Shown here piece by piece: positions 59,701 through 64,000 of a stretch of 64,000 bases of DNA. Location of the stretch: the IMG/VR virus record IMGVR_UViG_3300032315_001604, positions 96,001-160,000 of that record. The stretch is one strand, 5' to 3'. Source of the stretch: a virus. Every line of letters starts with the position of its first letter. Position 1 is the stretch's first letter. The position numbers were made by a program, and so were the translations under genes. The notes beneath the pieces were generated by a model. It was not told where the DNA came from. It saw nothing but the letters and a program-made list of their open reading frames with translations, and ran no database searches.

Positions 59701-62572
59701 TGCAAAACTTCAAATTTTAAATGATTCTAATTTTAGAACTTATGCAGCATCTACAAGTTCTTACGGGTATAAGAAAACAAGTACAGAGTTTTATTATATT
59801 TCAACCTTTCCTACATATACAAAATATAATTTTTCATATGGATATGATCGTCAACCGATAGCAACATCATTTACAAATAATAGAGGAACTATAGAAATCC
59901 CATATAATACACAATTTTATTCAAACACAGGAATAACATTACAGTTAACAGCATTTAATATTTTTTATCCAGAAAACACACCTTTAAGATATCAAATAGT
60001 TGAAGGTGCATCTTTAGTTACAAAGACTTATAATATTACAGCACAAACAGTACCATATAGTACTGGCACAAGTTCTGCATTAAGATTCTCACAAAATCCT
60101 AAATTAATGGATTATAATAGTATATCACATACTTTTACAGCAACGATTACGTCTTTTGATTTAGATGTCAATAGAGTTATATACGTAGATCAAAGAATAG
60201 AAACAAATCCAAAAAATAGAGCAGCATTTCCACAAGAAAACATTTCAACTATCACCTATATACTTTCTACTCCTCAATGGAAATCTTATAAAAATGTACC
60301 AGCATTGAACGGTTTATATCCAATTTATACATTAAAAGTTGGGGATGAATTTAGTCCATTAACTCTTAATGGGTCGAAATATAATACATTAAGATTAAAT
60401 GCATCCGCTGACTTAAACATCAAAATACCACCAGAAACATTTGATAATTATGCGTTTTTTCAATATACAGGAAATAGAGATTTATGGGACACTAAAAATA
60501 TTGTTTTAACATCTGATTTAGGTCCAATATCAAAATGGAGAACCTTAGTTGCATATTCAACTTCAACATCACCTCAAATATATTTTAGTACATACTATAC
60601 AATTACTGGATATAACATATTCGTAGAGTTTGAGACTCCTGATTATCAATCAAATCCAATTACTAGTTATTCTGTAAATTTTGGTGATAGTACTATTCTT
60701 ACACAAAATAAAAATACAACATTTAATCATCAGTATAGCAGTGTTGGTACATTTTTTATAACGTATAGTGCCATTCGACAAGATTCTTCATTTACCAAAT
60801 ACTTTGCACAAGTTCCTTTTATAGTAAAAGATAAGTGGCCTGAATATAATCAAGAAAATATTAGAATTTTAAATGAGGCTGTTTTGAATTTGCCATATAC
60901 TTTAGATGAAATTTTAATACAACCAAATGAATTTGGAGACAATGATATTTTTAATACATGTATTACACGATTAAACGAATGTTTAGAATACTTAAAAAGT
61001 AATACACAAACCATGAATATAGATGCACCGATTCTTTATTATGGTTGGTTAGGAAGTAATCTTGAAAATCAAAGTGATGGTATCAGATGGTATACTTCTA
61101 CCTATGGTTCAAATTACTATAATCTTTTAGATAATGCCATAAGCAGTGGGAAAAATTATTTTGAAGATATTCGTAGTATAAAATTCGATAACAAATACAT
61201 TTACGTTTTAGATAATTCAAAATTTAGACTTTTTAATAAAGATAAAGATGCAAGTGAAATTTTGTTTGATAATGCATCAGAATTAAACGGAATTTTTGCT
61301 GATCCTAAATCAATCGCAATTTCACAAAATAGTCAGTCTATATATGTTGCAGATTCTATACGTCATAAAGTATATAGATTTGATTTTGATTTTACAGATC
61401 TTAATAAACCAATCTTTTCATTAGTTTTAACAATAGGATCTTTTGGAGGATTAAACGATAATAATAGATTTGATTATCCATCAGAATTACAATACAGATC
61501 AGACAGTTTATACGTTTTAGATTACAATAACAACTGTGTTAAACAATATAACAAAGATTTATCTTGGATTCATACATATTATGATGATTTATTTGTAAAT
61601 GACCAAATTCAAAATATTGCAGTTCATCCTACAAATTTATTATATGTTTTAGGAAAAACTTTAAAAGTTTATGTTTTTGATACATTAGGAGAAACTTCTT
61701 TTAAAACTTTTGATTTACCAGAAATATCTAAAAACAGTGAAATAGCAAGCATATTTTTTGATGATGCTGGAGAATTTTTATATGTTTTAACAGATAAAAA
61801 TGTTTTTAAATATACAGCAGTTGGTGAATATATTACAACTTTAAACATACCTCAAAATAGTCTTGCGTTTGTATCAGGAGATATATCAGAAAATAAATCA
61901 ATTAATATTGCTTCTAAAAATTCAATATTACGCTTTCAAGATTTTGTTGAAATATTTAAAATCGGTGAAGGATTATCTACATCTTATTGGTCTTTAAATC
62001 AAATGCATCTTGCTAAAGAGGAATTTGCACAAGATTTAAATTATAATGCGGCATTGATAAAAGTTGCACAAAATTTAAAAACTTTTAGAACATCATTAAA
62101 TGCAAAATTCGCACTTGTATCCGAACAAACATCAAAAGGTACTGTAACATATTTTTCAATTATTCCGATAAATGTCGAAGATAGACCAGCATTTGAAGAT
62201 GATATCGAACTTGAAAGATTAAGAATCGGAACTAACGAATTTCATATACCTACAGTTATTAATAGAGAGTTAACAAAATTATATAACGCTTTGTTTGATT
62301 TAACATCATATTTAAATATAGTAAGTACAAATACCGATTCATCAACTACAGATAATAATGGGGGATCTGGATGTACAGGTAGTTTTTGTTGGTCATGGAA
62401 ATCGATGGCTTGTTATAACTTAAGTTTACCGATTATCCGTTTATGTAATATCAATCCAATTACATATGCAGAATTGATTAATACATTCCCAATTAATTAT
62501 GCACCAACAAAAACTTGGGGTGAAGCATATGCAAATTGTTGCAGTGATTATGTTTCTCCTTTAGATAAGTAA
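56768..62572 (+). CDS. 1934-aa virion/baseplate protein with PKD-like and NHL repeats
   Basis: VNFGDS...FNHQYSSVGTFFIT (PKD); PKSIAISQ...IYVADS..HKVYRF and FDYPSELQY...LYVLDYNNN.VKQY (NHL). Confidence 0.6.
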   Translation: MSNQGFSIVEQGFWPRETYSVSPILSAIPLNLGLLPYKNTFHQIKNTYLQLESLTASYWPFNSTVGLESWQGDISQAVDFLTNQSKFVVNTSAFRIYDLGSYVNIFRVTLNDLDADAGQSTDTIYDDIVYGYLFYPKRLFLQPISAQKINANSYKLTCSAVLIKPTVINFKDPVPERRTVTPYYHERFLTNPPSLEPLSISKNNECVLFYGLSSTQTHINRPILNYALNQNNASFSFNLENNSYNNLLRKDFNFLSFALNYQAFDRFTGLPYIETFENYYYDTPNFGILPFSRPIRFSYDPQNNPLLQTFYIVQSGISYTGTPGTLLPLQDPRNSIFYVNLNLQTTNIRHTIKQFSLASTLYNAVTGKAGTPFSVSYINDSSNIRHSTEPVQGTISNFYVHGDSSSTLGVRVSSTVAKCDTVTFTTKHPPHYYAYNLAMEAMPNSAGVQNNFTELTEINNLTFHLSSLPINRTASSVFVSTYLYSDFNCLTLDLPTYATNDKIKYVQQGNDDFLVQSISAYTYPDGVKTYYNFNTSPWLNANKNSDLEITYPTTYQDTINFTIRASLSTLAGNKDAILNSSIPLIGLYNPPAYPLLLNKIVEGDDFMDVTAESLTSIFVYPGVDLTDTNISWRVNPNSNDFKLNYLIKDTNGVYKPVNFLNKNTSINFDNFSWAVRISGYGPTPIALTLSSQQYNNFVTISSDPSFFDFFVEKRIIIGQKVVYDNSLETRTVTLTTSVPYKGRLYNLPLNLPVFWSWTYNNNTITPTITALYTIPPLLDDVYEAGENLNSQTLSSLKFLIKPRQTSNTPIGNSVKINFYTTDTILPYSGTFQFVADDFPNKTIFNSDFDIRYRSFPTVKILDTRNNQFVLTRPDTGNSKYTLRANTDIIPLLNSENYSWDITKSTTPSVSTVYGLTAINLDTDGVYETTVTFTAISATALGWSYPHNATQTVKIYTLNSTDFNRSPSFILYPEFAWQNAKLQILNDSNFRTYAASTSSYGYKKTSTEFYYISTFPTYTKYNFSYGYDRQPIATSFTNNRGTIEIPYNTQFYSNTGITLQLTAFNIFYPENTPLRYQIVEGASLVTKTYNITAQTVPYSTGTSSALRFSQNPKLMDYNSISHTFTATITSFDLDVNRVIYVDQRIETNPKNRAAFPQENISTITYILSTPQWKSYKNVPALNGLYPIYTLKVGDEFSPLTLNGSKYNTLRLNASADLNIKIPPETFDNYAFFQYTGNRDLWDTKNIVLTSDLGPISKWRTLVAYSTSTSPQIYFSTYYTITGYNIFVEFETPDYQSNPITSYSVNFGDSTILTQNKNTTFNHQYSSVGTFFITYSAIRQDSSFTKYFAQVPFIVKDKWPEYNQENIRILNEAVLNLPYTLDEILIQPNEFGDNDIFNTCITRLNECLEYLKSNTQTMNIDAPILYYGWLGSNLENQSDGIRWYTSTYGSNYYNLLDNAISSGKNYFEDIRSIKFDNKYIYVLDNSKFRLFNKDKDASEILFDNASELNGIFADPKSIAISQNSQSIYVADSIRHKVYRFDFDFTDLNKPIFSLVLTIGSFGGLNDNNRFDYPSELQYRSDSLYVLDYNNNCVKQYNKDLSWIHTYYDDLFVNDQIQNIAVHPTNLLYVLGKTLKVYVFDTLGETSFKTFDLPEISKNSEIASIFFDDAGEFLYVLTDKNVFKYTAVGEYITTLNIPQNSLAFVSGDISENKSINIASKNSILRFQDFVEIFKIGEGLSTSYWSLNQMHLAKEEFAQDLNYNAALIKVAQNLKTFRTSLNAKFALVSEQTSKGTVTYFSIIPINVEDRPAFEDDIELERLRIGTNEFHIPTVINRELTKLYNALFDLTSYLNIVSTNTDSSTTDNNGGSGCTGSFCWSWKSMACYNLSLPIIRLCNINPITYAELINTFPINYAPTKTWGEAYANCCSDYVSPLDK

Positions 62573-62576
62573 TATT

Positions 62577-62645
62577 AAGCTTAATCTAAAATAGTAACTC
62601 AGAAATGGGTTCTTGGAAAAAATTCCATAGGCTTGCGATTAACTT
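62577..62645 (+). promoter_or_regulatory. structured 5' leader (three-way junction) ending at a start codon
   Basis: Outer stem AAG(C)TTAATC / GATTAACTT; inner hairpins AACTC-AGAAAT-GGGTT and TGGAA-AAAA-TTCCA; TAAGTA at 62566-71. Confidence 0.5.
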
Positions 62646-64000
62646 ATGAGCAATAGATTTCACAATAAATGGCATAGAAAAAACCATCATACGTATGGAA
62701 ATGCATCAAATCCTGATGCAGCGCATGACCCAATCGCAAGTAAAGATCAACCATTTTTAGGAGAATTTGTTTTACAAGGAGCATTGTGTGCAGTAGCTCC
62801 TATGAGTGCTTTTGCTGGTTATTTTTACTCTAACTTTACAGGTCTTTGTGCATTTGCTGGTTATAGAGCAATTCAAGCAAAGGCTTTTAGCTTTCCAGGC
62901 GGTGATAGCATCGGTCTTCAAGTAGATTCACAAAACATTGCTATCAGTGCTTATGCTCCTTGGGTTGGTTTGAATGTTTATAGCATGACCCATGCAATTT
63001 CTGCTTATGGCAAAGGTCGTGGTGCATTTATTGGTTCTGACATAAAAGGGGCCGAAATTGAAGGTGGATCAATAGGAGCAGAAATTTACAGTGATAATAA
63101 GGCTATTAGTGCTAATGGCTTTTTAATGGGTGCAGAAATTTACAGTAATCGCAGAGCAATTTCTGCATATGGTAGTTATACTGCTGCGGAACTTTATGGA
63201 GCAGTAAGAGCAATATCTGCCATGAGTCCAAATCTAGGCATTGAGGTTTATAGTAATAATAGAGCAATTTCTGCATATGGAACATCAATCGGTTTAGAAA
63301 CAGCAAGTCCACAAGTGGCTTTATCAGCTTATAGTCCAAAAATTGCTATTCGTGCATATGCTCCAATTTATACTCAAAATAGCGATGGTGTTCGTGCATT
63401 AGATGTAAGAGGATTTAGTTTTTTTGATGGAGATGTAACAATTTCAGGAAACTTAACGGCTGCTGGAGCTTTGACATATCTTGATACTAAAGTTCAAATT
63501 ACATCATCTCTTTATGTTAAGAATGAAGGAACGGATACGGCATGTACAGTTATTCAAACTGGAAATGTACCTGTTGCTCATTTTTATGATGATAGCAACT
63601 CGGCATTTTTTATTGATGGAAGTACAACGGCTCCAGGATTTGTTGGAATTAATACCGCAACACCAAATCAAAGATTAACAGTTGTTGGAAATATTTCAGG
63701 TTATAGTGATGAAGTATCATTTAATGCAAGCCGTGCAAGCGGTAGATGGAGTTTTGCTTCTGGTACTAGCAGAGCAACAAACAATCTTAGCAATGCAGAA
63801 GGTTCTTCTACATTAGCTTCTGGAATAGCAAGCCACTCACAAGGTATTAGAGCAGTTGCTTCTGGAGAAGCAAGCCATGCGGCAGGATTTGAAACTTTAG
63901 CTTCTGGACAATACGCTACATCAATAGGAATTGTAACATCTGCCACGACACAATATAGTTTTGCAGGTGGTGTAAACTCTATAGTAAAAGACAGGTATAA
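62646..64000 (+). CDS. fibre/adhesin (AISAY repeats then SHAEG-like repeats), runs off right edge
   Basis: Not in the ORF track. ATG 62646, MSNRFHNKWHRKNHH..., open to the window end; NAEG/SHSQG/SHAAG repeats begin near the edge. Confidence 0.75.
   Translation, partial: MSNRFHNKWHRKNHHTYGNASNPDAAHDPIASKDQPFLGEFVLQGALCAVAPMSAFAGYFYSNFTGLCAFAGYRAIQAKAFSFPGGDSIGLQVDSQNIAISAYAPWVGLNVYSMTHAISAYGKGRGAFIGSDIKGAEIEGGSIGAEIYSDNKAISANGFLMGAEIYSNRRAISAYGSYTAAELYGAVRAISAMSPNLGIEVYSNNRAISAYGTSIGLETASPQVALSAYSPKIAIRAYAPIYTQNSDGVRALDVRGFSFFDGDVTISGNLTAAGALTYLDTKVQITSSLYVKNEGTDTACTVIQTGNVPVAHFYDDSNSAFFIDGSTTAPGFVGINTATPNQRLTVVGNISGYSDEVSFNASRASGRWSFASGTSRATNNLSNAEGSSTLASGIASHSQGIRAVASGEASHAAGFETLASGQYATSIGIVTSATTQYSFAGGVNSIVKDRY

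Noticed and set aside
1-64000. Stop-codon reassignment (alternative genetic code)
   Set aside because: Core genes (gp20, gp23, gp6, primase, UvsW) are full length under the standard code and gene packing is tight.

Overview
A strongly AT-rich 64 kb fragment of a large T4-like (contractile-tail) bacteriophage genome. No tRNA, rRNA or CRISPR array was seen. Left to right it holds: a glycosyltransferase/methyltransferase island (1-9074); recombination and late-transcription genes (gp47, gp55 sigma, UvsW, UvsY); a lysis cassette (M15 endolysin, holin-like, spanin-like); YadA/Hep_Hag-type SHAEG-repeat fibres; replication genes (primase, both clamp-loader subunits, DinG-like helicase, GroES-like); the head/neck module (gp15, gp20, gp13, gp4, gp21, gp22, gp23); and baseplate genes (gp25, gp6, large beta-propeller proteins). 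The main finding is at 47645-48014, between two convergent genes. It is a complete group I intron catalytic core (P3-P9, omega-G) with its P1/5' splice site DOWNSTREAM of its 3' splice site, and its two ends are joined by a 22-bp helix that restores P2. This reads as a natural circularly permuted group I intron, predicted to back-splice a 106-nt structured circular RNA (47871-47976) from its own late promoter. All RNA pairings were derived by hand from the sequence; no folding program or database search was run.
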